DNA from: Eledone cirrhosa
Taxonomy: Eukaryota
Direction: 5' to 3'
DNA: 64,000 bases
NCBI GenBank assembly: GCA_964016885.1
Contig: CAXHJY010001532.1
Coordinates: forward strand, 46,833 to 110,832
Positions 1-14,812 of this stretch are shown one piece after another (the first letter of the stretch is position 1; every line of letters starts with the position of its first letter). The notes beneath the pieces are model-generated. The model saw only the letters and a list, made by a program, of their open reading frames with translations, had not been told where the DNA came from and searched no databases. The position numbers and the translations under genes were made by a program.

Positions 1-1374
1 TATTTATACAAATATTTTGATTGCTTTTTTTCATTCGTATGTGCCCACTCGTGTAAATATATATATATGCATGCACACAAACTACTTGCTTGCAAAAAAT
101 TCTTAAATGCTTTGGAAGTTACTTCTTTATTTTTTCTCTTTTTTTCCTAATTTAGCAGAGATTCTAAACCAATCAGCAAAGAAATAGAAAAGAAAAAAAC
201 CCAATAATCATAATAATAATAATGATATTAATGAGATATATAACATAAAAATATATATATGAATATTTTAGCAAAACATCTAGAAGTGTTTGAACAAAAC
301 AGAACATAACAAAACAAAAAATACATTTAATATTTATGGAAAAAAACTTTTCTAGAATAAATAATTGTGATATCCAGTTTAGAATATGAGTGCTGTAAAA
401 GGGGTTGGTGTTAGGAAGGGCATACAGCTGTAAAACATTGCCTCAAAAAAGAACCCCATTTAGAGTACAAAACCTGACATGGGGCCTCCACAAGGCTCAC
501 CCCTGCTTTAGCAGGGGGAATTACCTTAAAGAGATTGTTGTTTTCTACAATAAATAACCTAATATGCTTAACTAGGGACAAGGAAAACAGCATAGAAAAC
601 AAACAAACAAAAACAGCATTTCTATAAGAAATATTGTGAATTAAATTATTCATGGAAAACATGTAAAAGATCATTATAATAATAAATAAAAATACAAAAT
701 CCAGAAATAAAAAAAAATTATATTTTGTCCGAAAACAAAAGCGAGATTAATGTAAGGAAATATTGGTAAGTTCTCTTGTCTAATTTTAATTCTTTTACTG
801 GTTTTTCAGTCATTTGACTGGACCAAGGTGGGTCACAGCCTTCGTTATTCAAATTTTCAAAACAATTACTCATTATCAATCCTCATATGCTGTCATCATG
901 TGTATTATCTAAATACATGTATATATATATATATATAGATATATACAAACACACATATATGCACATACATATACACACATATATGAAAAAACAAAATATA
1001 TATACATATATGTTTACGTACGTACGTATGTATATATTTATATATGCATGTATGTATGTATGTACATGTGTATATATATAAAGTTTGTGTTTGTCGTCAG
1101 TGGGTTAACAAGTGGAAAGTGGTAAGACCAGAATCAGCGTTTCAGATGGCTAAATGTAACAAGAAGTATAGAGGCGCAACTAGTGAAGTCCTTTAGAGAA
1201 GCAACATCAGATTTTCACGAATCAGAGGGAAAAAAAAAAAAACGTTCAGAGACTTTTTCTTCTTGGAATTGTAAATCTATTTCTTAACAATTCTCTCACA
1301 CATTGCTCCAGCCAAATATATACACACATACACACACTCATATACACATGTATATGGACATGCAGGCATGTGCA

Positions 1375-1429
<55 letters not shown>

Positions 1430-1513
1430 TAGATAGATAGATATATAATATATATACACACACACACACTATATACATACGTGTGTGTCTGTTTAATAGA
1501 ATATTAGTATGAA

Positions 1514-1573
<60 letters not shown>

Positions 1574-1677
1574 TAAATATATATATTAATATTCATCTAC
1601 ACATAACATTCACACATGTATGTGTGTGTGTGTGTGTATATATATATACACAAACACAGACTCATCCATACACAGAT

Positions 1678-1717
<40 letters not shown>

Positions 1718-1784
1718 TACATCTATTCACACACTCACACAAAAAAAACATAGAGGAACAGAAAATTCTAATTAACTACTATTC

Positions 1785-1904
1785 TCAATGAACTCGTTCC
1801 CTTAATGCAGAATTATTGTTTTGATTGCGGCCCTCTTCTGTTGCACAACTTGCAACAATAGCAGCACCTTTACCGCTTCCATCGTGAGACAGCATCAGGC
1901 GAAA
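1785..1904 (-). CDS. HK: Hexokinase last coding exon ([18 protein letters not shown]...RERVH*)
   Basis: Acceptor TTTGTCTTGCAG; DGSGKGAA motif; TGA stop at 1785-1787. Confidence 0.94.
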   Translation of the reverse strand, partial: FRLMLSHDGSGKGAAIVASCATEEGRNQNNNSALRERVH

Positions 1905-4900
1905 CTGCAAGACAAAGAAACAAACAATTAGAGATATTTAAAAATCATTAAAAAAATTCCCACTTTAAAAACCCATTTGTTACCATATTTCTAATAAAAT
2001 AATTTTGAAAATAATCAAGAATTTTGAGGTATCCAGTAATATAACTTTTTCATTATTAAGCTGGTGTTTTTTTTTTGCAACACAATATAGATTCTTACAT
2101 AAAATTATGATGGAAGGTTTTTAGATAAAAATAAACTCTTTAAAACAAACAGTTTTGTATTGTAGCACCAGGAACAGTTTGGTATCAAAAAGGTTAAATG
2201 GTGATAATGAAGATGTTGCATTGATGAAATATATTTCAAAATCTTCTACTTACTCTAGTAAGGGGACAAAGTGCTCGGATTTTTTCTACCATTAGGTCAT
2301 GAAAATGAGGATGGAATCTGTAAAGAGAACCATCAACAGCAACAGCAACCTCAGACCGACCCATCTTGTGAATTAGAGCAGCAGTACCTAAAATGGTAAG
2401 AAATCATTCAAATTAAAACTGATTTTCAGTGCCCAATCAAGAAAACTGCACTTAAGCTTTTCGTTACCATATTTCCAATGAAAAACATTGCCTAAGATTT
2501 TTAATTAATTTTTTAAATAAACAAGAATTTTGAAGGATTTAATAACTGCATTAATTAGGTATTTCGAACATAACTAATGTTCTTTTATAAAATTACAACG
2601 AAAGGCTTTTAGATAAATATACACTTTAAATCATATAGTTGTATATCATAGAAGCAAGGGTGGTTTTAGGTGGTTTGGTTCCAATAGACTTAACAGAAAG
2701 ACCTTTTATGTATGTGTATGTGTGTGCACGTACATGAGTGAGTGTGTTAGTGTGTACATATGCATGCTTGAAACAGTCTCATTATTAAGATGAGCGGTGG
2801 TTTGGTGTTTATCAGTAGAGCATAGGACACCATTTTAGTAGCATAGAATTACGTCCCTTTACGTTCTGATTTCAATTCCCGCCGAGGTTAACTTTGCCTC
2901 TCATCCTTACGGGGTTGATAAAATAAAGCACCAGTAACGTACTGGGGTCAATATAATAGATTTTCACCTCCCTCAAAAATTGCTAGCCTTGTACCTAAAT
3001 CAGAAACCATTAAGATGGTATTTGTAGTAATACTTAACAAAAGTGTCCTATATATTATTGTCAAAAGATTTTCATCTAAATAGAACCCCTTTAAAATAAA
3101 TAGCTTTGTTATGATAGAATAAAGGTCATTTTTAGCAGGGTTGCTATCAAAAGGGTTAAACAAGCTAAATGTGACACCACAATGACAGTAATGTTTTTCT
3201 TGATTTCATGATCATCTGAAAACATTATTTAACAGAACACTTTAAAATAATTTATGTTAACCCTTCCTTTACCATATTGCAAATGAAATACACAGTATAT
3301 GAATTAATGAAGAATTTGGAGGTATTTACTAAAATTTTCTATTATTTCATTCTTTAGATGGAAAGTTTTTAATTTAAACAGGAATCATTTAAATTTGGTG
3401 GGCTTTGTTTCATAGAATCTAAAGCAGGTCCCAGCAGGTTGGAATCAAAAGAGTGAATATTAATGGTTAAGAGTTTACCTGCAGCTGATAAATAGGCAGC
3501 TCTTGTGGATACAGTGGAGCATACATACTGAGCAATGCGACAGTCTTCCACTGTGAAGTTGGTTAAGTTCAGATCAAGAAAAACCTGTTTCGTATTTTTG
3601 AAACTATCATCAATATCACTGCAAAAGGAAGAAAAATGTTGAGTGAATATTTTAGAAAATAGATTTGGCTATACAAACAAGAGAAACAAAACTCAATACA
3701 TGTGTATGTCAATATCAGTCTAGAACCTCTATCTTGCTGGAAACTATTCAGAGACATGCAACCAAGCGAGTACCCTCCATCAGGCATCTACCATACTCTG
3801 AACGTCTTGCTTCCCTGGGCATGGATACATTGAAGCTCCGATGTCTGGCAACTGACAAAATTATTAACCATCTTGCCAACAACACTGAGCACCCTTTTGA
3901 ATTCCATGTGTCTAATACACGTGAGCATGCCCACAAAGTCAGAAAACAGCACAGCTTCCTTGACTTTTAGAAACATTTTTTTCACACTCAGAGTTGCTGA
4001 AGCATGGAACAAACTACCTGCGTCAGTGGTTAGCTGCCGAGACACTGCATCCTTTAAAACCTCCATGGAACAAACTACCTGCATCAGTGGTTAGCTGCCG
4101 AGACACTGCATCCTTTAAAACCTCCATGCTTCTTGAAATTCGCCAACACTACACGTGATATATCCCCCCCCCCCTCCATACACATGCACACATGTATATC
4201 ATGACTCATACACTGTTCATTGACCTGACATTTGTACATTATTCTATGGGAGGTGGATTGGCAGTATTGGTAGAGGGTCGGACGCCATGCTTTGCAGCAA
4301 AGAGCATCGGCCTCTTATGGACTGAGTTCAAATCCCGCCGAGGTTAACTTTGCCTTTCATCCTTACAGGGTCGATAAAATAAAGTACCAGTAATACACTG
4401 AGATAATTGCTGGCCTTGTGCCAAAAGTAGAAACAATTATTCTATGTACTATACATGCACCTTATATGTGCACAACGCACCTGAACACTGTACATAATAA
4501 TTTCATTATTATTATAAGTGGAGTTTTGCTGAGAGAGGAAAGCAAACAATGAATTGCTTAGGGTGATGGCAATAGAACCAGTGATGAATGTTGTGAAGAA
4601 AAAGAAAGTTTTCACCACTTTTACCGTATTTCTAATGAAAGGCACTGTCTATGTTATTTAACCCTTCATTACCATATTTCTAATGACAGAACAGCCTATG
4701 TTGTTTAACCCTTTCGTTACCATTTTTCTAATGAAAGACACTGTCTATGTTCTTTAACCCTTTCATTACCATATTTCTAACGAAAGACACTACCTATGTT
4801 TTTTGAATAATTTTGGAAAAGATTCAATAATTTGGAGAGATTTTGTAATACAACTTTTTCATTAAGTTAGCTGATGTTTGAAACATAAATGTTCTTACAT

Positions 4901-7194
4901 AAAATTATGATGGACGGTTTTTAGATGATTTGAAACATTTCAGTAAAGATAATATAAACATTTAAATTAAACCCGTTTTTAGATATTTTCTGATAAATCA
5001 TTAAAGAATATTAATTTTGATAAGGTAAAAAAAAAATTCCGCTCCCCTAATATTTAAAATATTCACCTTTCAATTTCAGAAACATATTTTGTGTAAAACC
5101 GTCCTCGAGTTGATAATTCTTCAGAGCCATTTCCACTGAAAATCAATTTATGCCTACGTAATCTTTCGAGTACAAGACGAGCAAGTTCTCCCATGTACAT
5201 TCCAGATATTGTTTTCTCAAATCTGTAAAGTAAAATAGTTATATAAGTAGTGTAGTGAGAAAATATATGAAAACATTTAATTAAGAAACAAAATCATATA
5301 GTTATTATTTTTTAGTATATCAACCATTTTCCTCAGTGCATTTTTTTCCACCAGCATGCCAGTTCATCAAACACTTTTGAAGAAATCAAAAAATTGGGTC
5401 CCTGTTTGCCAAGGATATCAGTGACTTGAGACAATACTTGTCTGTAAAGGTTTTACTTAGCAAATATTTCTTCAGGGTTAATAGTCACTGGCAACCAAAT
5501 CATGCAGTTTCACCTCGAAACTTCAATTATTTTGAGTCTCATTTTGATTCAGGAAGTTATAGACTAAGAGGAGTCACATCAATGGTGACAATATTTTCAA
5601 TAAATGTTGAACTATAGACATTCAGAATGTTGAGGTTACTTTCATCACAGGCCCAACATTGGTTGTCACACATTTCCATATCAAAAACCTTGGCATGAAT
5701 CTCAAACAGTTTGTCATAATGCTCCAGAATGTTATGAACTTATCCAATGTTAATGTTAAGTTAAAAAGTAAGTTCTCTGATTGTAAATTTTGCCCAGAAA
5801 GGATAATTTTTCTTGCATTTTTCTGTAACTTCTCCAATTTCAATTGGTCTGCCTGACTTTTCATCGACAAAAACAATAGTTCTTCCAGCATTAAAATATC
5901 CAATCCAACAGTAAATTGTTGCAAGGGAAGGGACTTCATCATTGTATGCACGTTGATGCGCCTTGATGATTATATATAAGAAACAGACAACCAAGCAAAC
6001 AAAGGGTCAGGAGGACCCTTGAGTCGTGACATGGGCATGGCAGCTTCCTTAGTTTTGGTGATCTACAGAATAAATGCACCCAATACAAACTGTAAACGGC
6101 ATCCAACCATAGAAAACTCACCAGACAAAGGGTCAGGAGGACCCTTTAGTCATGTTAAAGACATGACAACCTCCTTAGTGTTGGTGATTTAAATGATAAA
6201 TGCACCCAGTATACACTGTAAAGGGGTTGGTGATAGGAAGGGTATCCATCTGTAGAAATCTTACCAAACAAAGGATTTGGAGGACCCTCAGTTGTGTCAA
6301 AGGCATGGCAACCTCTCCTAAGCACTTGATGGAATGTGAGACTGTCCATAGGTGAGACACAGGTCCCTGGCCTGCCTGGAAGATCAGTGGCTCTGCTTCA
6401 ATACTGACTTGGTCTATATGGACCCGTCCAACCCATGCTAGCAGAGAAAGCAGACATTAAAATAACAATGATGATATGTAATGATGTATATATACGTAAT
6501 AAGTAATGAGAAAATTTCAGGAGAGGCATTGAATATCATTCAATTGGAATGCTACTTTATGGTGAAGTAGACTTAGATATAATGTATGAAGTGACTAACT
6601 GGCAACTTCCTATCTACCTAGGCTAGAGCACAGCTGTGTACATGGTGGAATCAGGGTGATCCAATTCACCAATCTGTCAACACATGGCAAGATGCAGCGA
6701 AACATGGGGCAAGATGCAGCGAAACATGGAGCAACATCACACCATCAAATTTTGCGTTAAACTTTAAGGAAAAAAAAACAAGTAGCCTTTGGGAGTGAAT
6801 TGATGAGCAAAGCAAGTTTCTACAGATAGTTTAAACGATTTTCTGAAGGAAATGAACACAGATCTGGAGCACTAAACAGCAAGCAAAAGGAAGAAAATAT
6901 TGAGGAAGTGCAAGAGTTAGTAAAGTAAGACTGTCAAGCTACTGTGAGGATGAAATCTGAAGCTGTTAGTAATAGTATTGGCACAATGTAGACAATTCTG
7001 ATTGGGAGTTCCACAAATTTTGTAAGCATATGAAAATAAATAATGTCTCTTGAAATTTTTCATTACTTATTGAACATATATGAGAGAGAGAAAGTGAGTT
7101 ATACACACACATAAACTTATAAGCATAAGTGTGTGTGTGTGTGTGTGTATATACATATATATATATATATATATAGAGCATAAGTGTGTGTATC

Positions 7195-7244
<50 letters not shown>

Positions 7245-8735
7245 AATAGTTATGCACACAAACATAATTATACAATGCATACACACAGAGAGGAAAATTA
7301 TAAACAATTTAGAAACAGTGAAATATTTAAGACCCACTGTTTAATATTGTATTTTCGCAGTAAAAACTTTACCTCACATAATATCAAATCTATGAGATTT
7401 TGATGTTATTTATTTTGAGAACAATACCTTAATGTCGGTATGAGTGGCCAGTTACGGCCGGTTTGAACAGAAAGAGGTTAGAGAACTCTGGCCGGATATA
7501 GCTGGTTTAAATGCTAAAGGGTTAATATATAATATGTATCATCATTATCACCACCACCACCATTTTACATGGTGGCATGGATTGGACAGGTTGTCACGAT
7601 CTAAAACTAGACAGATCAAATTACCATGTTTTCCTCATTTGGGCATGATTTCTATCATTGAATGTCAACCACTTTATAATGTACTGAGTGCATTTTATTG
7701 TGGCACCAGTACTACCACTTTACTGAGAGTACTTGGTGTCTCTTATTGCAACACCAGCACTACCACTTTATTAATTTAGCTGATGTATTTAACATGAAAC
7801 AGGTATTTTCGAAAATATGTTTTCTCAATCAAAACTTTGATAAATAGTAGTTATTTATTCAAAGAAAAAACCCAAATAAACCGTGTCTTTTAAAAAATAT
7901 TTGTCAGTTATATAAATTACAAACAAATAAACTGGCTTTAATTTTTTGTCAAGAATTTGAATATATATATTTTAGAGTTATATTAGTCTGACAAATGACC
8001 TGATTTGCAAATGTGTGTTGAAACTAAAGTAATTACATAATGGAAAAGTCATTTTAGCAACTAAAACACACAAAAACTGTTAAATTTACTTTACATTAAT
8101 TTCTTTGTGTCAAATTGTTTTTTGCACTGCCTGTGACCTGCTCACTGACAGGTCATTGACACAGTTCCTCTGCATTGGAGGTTGGAAAGAAACTCTCCAC
8201 TACACACATCTTTAAATAGTTTACAAATAACACAACATTACATAATAACAATAACAATAAACAACAAATAAAAGCTAAACAGTAACCATGTCATGGTGTG
8301 TGTAGGGGAGGAGGGCATGTAGAAAGTCCAAGAGAACATGGATTCATAAGAAATCATAACAAACCTTTGCTTTCCTGGGTTGATTGAATGCTTATCAACC
8401 TGTTTATCATATTCTGTTAGAACCTTATCCAAACAGCCATCATCTCCAAATGCACCCCATTCTGTATTAATTATAACCTAAGAGATAAAAACATAAGAAT
8501 ACAGAACATACAAGATTTATGGAGTAGATTATGCATTTCATAGTTTTTGCATGCTTTTTTTTCTCTAGCTGGATGCCCTTCCTATCACCATCCACATTAC
8601 AGAGTGGACTGGGTGTATTTTATCATGGCACCAAAACTAGAGAGGTTGTCCGTGAAGTTTAAAGAGGCCCCTCAACAGTGTACCAGTTTTTATTCAGAGG
8701 AATTGCTCTCCTAGATATATGGACACGTGTGTGTG

Positions 8736-8773
<38 letters not shown>

Positions 8774-11700
8774 AGGTTCTCGTTAATTTTTAATGTTACC
8801 TCCATAACTATGTGTTTACACTCTTTACAAATTATCCCCTGTAATTGTTTGATGTGTTTATTTTATATATATATATATATATATATATCAATCAAATTTT
8901 AATTTAATGTTAATAAATGTTTAGAATCTTTGAGCTTATTCTACAGGTGGTATGGTGTATGTTTCTGATATTCTCAGACATGACATCTTTAATTTAATTT
9001 TGGTAGTATATATCATCATTTCATCATCATTTCATTTTACGTCCGCTTTTCCCTGCTTGCAAGGGTGGGACGGGAACTGATTTTTGGCTTGATTTCTACA
9101 GCTGGATGCCCTTCCTAACACCAACCTCATTTACAGTGAGTGCTGGGTGCTTTTTTGCCGTGGCACCTCCACGACCACTTTGCAGTGGAATGATAGGGAC
9201 CCCAGTCCCTATCATCTCATTTCTACAGCTGAGTAAACTGGAGCAATGTGAAATAAAGTGTCTTGCTCAAGGAAACAACACATCACCCGGTCTGAGAATT
9301 GAACTCACAACCTTTCGATTGCAAGGCCAATGCTCTAACCACTAAGCCATGTGCCTCCATATATATATATATATATACACATATATATATATATATATAC
9401 ACATATATATACCCTGGTTTTAGAATAGATGCATGGTATCCTTGTGTGTTGTCAAAGACTAAAATGATTGACATCAGGAAGAGCATCTTGCTGTAAAACA
9501 TTACCATAAACCATCCCCTCCAATCCATGCCGGTGAGTAGATGCAATGGTAATAATATATATATTGATAAACTCTAAGTCTTGCCAACCGAGTAGAATAT
9601 TGCTTCACTGAAGAGATCTAATAAGACCAAAACATGTCCATAGTGTTCATCAATTGTTTTTAACCCTTTCATTACCATATTTCTAATGACAGACACTGCC
9701 TATGTTGTTTAACCCTTTCATTACCATATTTCTAATGAAAGACACAGTCTATGATTTTGAAATAATTTTGAAAATAATGAAATATTTAGACTGATTAAGT
9801 GACATAACTAACTTTCTCGCTATTAAGATGTTATTTGGAACATAAAAGCTTCTTACATACAATTATGATAGGTTTTAAAATAAATATAAATGCATTAAAA
9901 TATATCCTAGAACCAGGGACGGTTTCAAGAAATTTGGTATCAAAAGGGTAAAGGAATTACGAAGTAAGTTAGAAGTTGATACATTTCATGACTATGTTCT
10001 TGGGTGTTTTAATGATAGGGGTCCCAGTCCTACCATGTTGTTATTACAGCTCACACCTATGTAGGTTTAGCTGACCTCCTAAAAATCTGTATCTCTTAAG
10101 AGGTTTCTTGTGTTTAGTTGGCGTCTTATAAGGTTGTATCTCTTTAGGTTTTGTGGGTATTTTAATGACAGGGCCCCCAGTTTTATTTTGTTACAGCTCA
10201 CACATATGTAGGTTTAGCTGGTCTCTTACAATAAAATTAAGTGTCTAACTCAAGAACAATGCACCACTTGACCCTGGAATTGAGTGCAGGACCTTGTGAG
10301 CCCAATACCCTTTTGTGACTGTATTTCCAATGAAATAAATTCCAAATAATTGATGAAGAATTTTGAAGGCTTTACTAAAATTATTTCATTAAGATGTTAC
10401 GTTTTGTTACCATATTTTTAATGAAACATACTACCAATGTGCAGCAAATAATTTTGAAAATATTCAAAAATTTTCAGAGATTTTCCCATTGTTCTTTGGA
10501 ACATAAAGGTTTTTACATAAAATTATGATGGAAGGGTTTTAGATAAATATAAATAATGTAAAACAAATAGTTTTGTATCATAGATTCAAAGGTGGTTTCA
10601 GAGGGTTAGGTATAAAAAAGGATAAAACAAGGTTCTTAAATGAAATTATGACAGATAATTTTAATTAGGAACTTTTTGAAATGAGTGGTTTTTGTTTCAT
10701 AGAACCAGAGTAGATTTTGGTCAAGTTGGTATCAAAAGGGTTGGAAGTCATGAGATATAAAGAAAATAAGAGATTTATGGTGCTAAAATCAACTGAAAAG
10801 AAAGATGAACTCACTTGTTTTGGCTCATTTTTATCTTCGTTCCAAAGGTCTACATTCTCTAGCCTCTCAATATAACAAGCATTAGAACCTGTACCTGAAA
10901 ATATATATTATATTTGGATTCTTTTACTTGTTATCAGAATGGTCCGTGGATGAGCAGTATATCATTTGAAGAGATGAAAACAATGAATTACTGGATGCAC
11001 TGACACTACAACTTTACAGAGTGGACTGGGTGTTATTTTAATATGGCATCAGCACAGAGTGGACTGGGTGTATTTTATCATGACACCAGCACTACCACTT
11101 TACAGGGTGGACTGTGTACATTTTATAATGATACCAGCACTACCACTTTACAGAGTAGGCTGGGTGTATTTTAATGACACCAGCTTTACCATTTTACAAA
11201 GTGAACTGGGTGTATTTTAATATGACACCAGCACTACTACTTTACAGAGTGGGCTGGTGGTGTATTTTATCATAGCACCAGCATTATCATTTTACATAGT
11301 GGACTGTGTGCATTTTATCATGATACCAGCACTATCACTTTACAGCATAGACTGGGTATATTTTATCATGGTTCAGCACTATCACTTTACAGAGTGTACT
11401 GAGTGCATTTTATTATAGTTTCAGTCTGCTATAATTTTTATGGCAACGGGGTTTTGGGAAAGAACATGAGATCCAATTCTGCCAACCACCAGCCTGTAGT
11501 AATCAATGAAGAAATAAAAAAAAAACTACTTACCCAAAATAATACCAATGGAACACATACGGTCACTGTGGGCGCACGACATTAGGGCCCCAACAGTATC
11601 GTTGATCACAGCCACACATTTAATATTTAGTTCCTTAAAAAAAAGGGTAAACAAATATTAAAAACAAAACATTTTCTGGTGTACAAGACACATTTTTTAT

Positions 11701-12285
11701 AAAAGATTTGGTTGTCAAACTGCTTGTGTCCCATACACCAATAATAATAATAATGGTTTCTGATTTAGGCACAAGACCAACAGTTTGAAGGGGAGAAGAA
11801 AGTCGATTAAATCGACCCCAGTGTGTTACTGGTACTTCATTTTATCGACCTTGTAAGGATGAAAGGCTAAGTCAACCTCGGTGGGATTTGAACTCAGAAC
11901 ATAATGGGCTGTAACTCTATGCTGCGAAACATGGTGTCCAATAATAACAATGACGATTTTTTTTATTTGCCACAAGGGTACTGAATGAGGGGACATTACA
12001 AAGACAAATTACACAAAGTGTGGGGGTTTACATAGAAATTGAAGACAGGTTGGGGAAACACGTTTAGCGAATGGCGACCACACCTGTTCACCAAATGTTG
12101 GAGATATAACCTCAGTGCATGTTTGTGCCTCATCAGCCATGGCAAGCCCAGTCTGCTACACAGCAGGTGTTGACAACAAATAGGCCACCTGACATTTGGA
12201 ATGCATCCCTTCCACAAAAAGCAAAAATGCAGGCACTCCAATATGGTCAGATGTGAACCAGGACAAAGCACTGCAGTCAGATGGT

Positions 12286-12338
<53 letters not shown>

Positions 12339-13892
12339 CCATACATACATACACAATCACCACATGTGCTTGTTTGAGACCTGAGAGTAAGTACTGGCTT
12401 GGTCTGAGATGATCCATCCAAAACATTCTAGCCGGGAGAATTGAGCCTCTGTCGCTTCTGACAAGTCCTCCAGTTGATTCAATCCAAACGACAGAATTGC
12501 TTGCTCGTGAAATTAACGTGTAAGTGGCTGAGCATTCCAAAACATGTGCACCCTCAACATAGTTCTCAGAGTGATTCAGCATGACACAATGTGAGACAAG
12601 GCTGGCCTCTAAGAACTCCTTTTTGCCAGCTGAATAAACTGGAGCAACATGAAATAAAGTTTCTAACTCTTTGAAATAATTGTTTCTACTTTTGGCACAA
12701 AGCCAGCAATTACCCCAGTGCATTAATGGTGCTTTATTTTATCGACCCAGTAAGGATAAAAGGCAAAGTTAACCTCAGTGGGATTTGAACTCAGACTGTA
12801 AAGGGATGTAACTGTGCTGCAAAGCATGGCACCCAACTCTACCGATACTGCCAATCCAACTCTTTGAAATAATGTCTTTAAATACTGGAAAAAAGTATAA
12901 AACTTTAAATTTCTATTACTCTATTCTTAAAGCAACAGTATATAATGCAATGTCCTGCACTGAAATAACATGTCTTTAACCCTTTAGCATTTAAACCGGC
13001 TGTATCTGGCCAGAATTCTCTCACCTCTTTCTGTTCAAACTGACTGCTCATACTGATGTTAAGGTATTGTTCTCAAAATAAATACTATCAAAATCTCATA
13101 GATTCAATATTATGTGAGATAATTATTTGAAATAAAGTGTTTACTGTGAAAATACAATAGTAAATATAGAGTAATGTAAATGCTAAAGGGTTAAATCCTG
13201 GAAAACAGTATTGAAATAATATTTCTTCAAATCTACTTTGACACACAATATTTTTGATGAAACTGCCCTTCTGATACAGGAGAACTTCTAAATAAGGAGT
13301 CAAGAAACCCAACAGTTCCACAGTCCCCTTGCCCACCAAAAGCAAGTGTCCTGGCCATAAAAAGTTTTCTTAAAAACAGGGGTGTGTTTTAGATTCCAGA
13401 CAGTGCAGTTAGTTTGAAAGTGTCTTTTGTCTTTCTCTTACGTCAGCAAAAGTTCAACCAGTCATGTGTCATTCTCACGCACACACTTACACAGAATGAC
13501 ACACGGACACTCACATAGACAGACATAGACATTTACACACAAACTCCATTTGAAATCTCGGAGAATTAAGAGTCTAAATAATGAATATTGAAACAGGTTT
13601 GTACACATAACATCTGTGAAAACAAGACATATCTAACAACTCTCTCTCTCTCTACTGTCAGTCATTCAAACATGTCTTTAGAGAGGGAGAACTTAAGACA
13701 TATCTTTAACTTGAGAGAGAATATGAGAGAGGAGAGGGAAAAAGAATGAGGAAGTGAGAGAGAGGGAGAAAGAGGAAGTGTGAGGGAGAGAGAGAGAGAG
13801 AGATAGAGAGAGAAAGAGGAAGTGTGAGAAAGAAAGAAAGAGGAAGTGAGAGAGAGAGAGCAATGTATAACTATATAACAGTATATGGGTAG

Positions 13893-13934
<42 letters not shown>

Positions 13935-14769
13935 TTCTTATTTTGCTACTCTGTGCTGATGATGTCCACACATGTAAATTAACACATGAAAAGTCAGCAC
14001 CATTACTACTTTGACATCATTGAATGATGAGTAGATAATGTTTTAATCTCTATTTTTTTTCAATAATTAAAACATTTATTGAAAGAAATGAAAATATGAG
14101 CAATAATACAATAGAAAGAAAAAATACAAAAAAGAAATAAAAAGGAAATAGGCGGTATATATCAGCTGTGCCCCATAGACAAAATGACAAAGGTATTGTC
14201 ACATAGAACGGCCAGTGACACCCGCTGCATCAGCTGCACTATTTCATGGAGCACCTTGCTCAGGTGGGATGCACTCATCACGATTTTACAGAGGAAATCA
14301 GCTGTTTGGGGTCTAGGGACACCCAAGGTCTCAATGGTAAAAGGTATAAAAAAGAATCAGTCGGTTAGGAATTTGGCTGTCTTCCTCGCCCCCATGTTAC
14401 AGGCAGTGGCACCTAGATTTGTGACCCAAGCGATAAGGTTGAAGGGCAGGGAACATGTTGCAGAATGTAGTATCCCAGATTAGTGATATATCTCCCAGAA
14501 CGGGAACAGAGTTATCCCATCTAGGTGCTTACCATCGCCAAGGACAAGGCTGGCAGGCTCCAGTTGTGACGGGAAACTGGTCACGTCAAGGGTCTTTCTG
14601 ATGACACCATTCAAAACCGTGTGTCAAGGGAACCTACCTGTACTGTAGTGGCAAGAGAGCAGGTGTAGTCCAAACTCATTGACCATGGCACCATCTGATA
14701 TAATATGGTTCATACATGAGGAGGTCAAGATGCTGTGCTACTCCGATGAAAAAAATGGACATAAAACGG

Positions 14770-14812
<43 letters not shown>

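Noticed and set aside
9285-9358. tRNA-like sequence (also ~34066-34120 and the S1 heads)
   Set aside because: SINE heads with A/B boxes but no complete acceptor stem; they continue into SINE body and tail.
11000-11420. Regularly spaced repeats resembling a CRISPR array
   Set aside because: Degenerate tandem units with no unique spacers and no cas genes; the context is a eukaryotic intron.
13953-14000. GTGCTGATGA...GAAAAGTCAGCAC, a hammerhead-like string on the plus strand
   Set aside because: Stem I (GTGCT/AGCAC) would consume the core CU, and stems II and III are poor; at best a heavily decayed relic.
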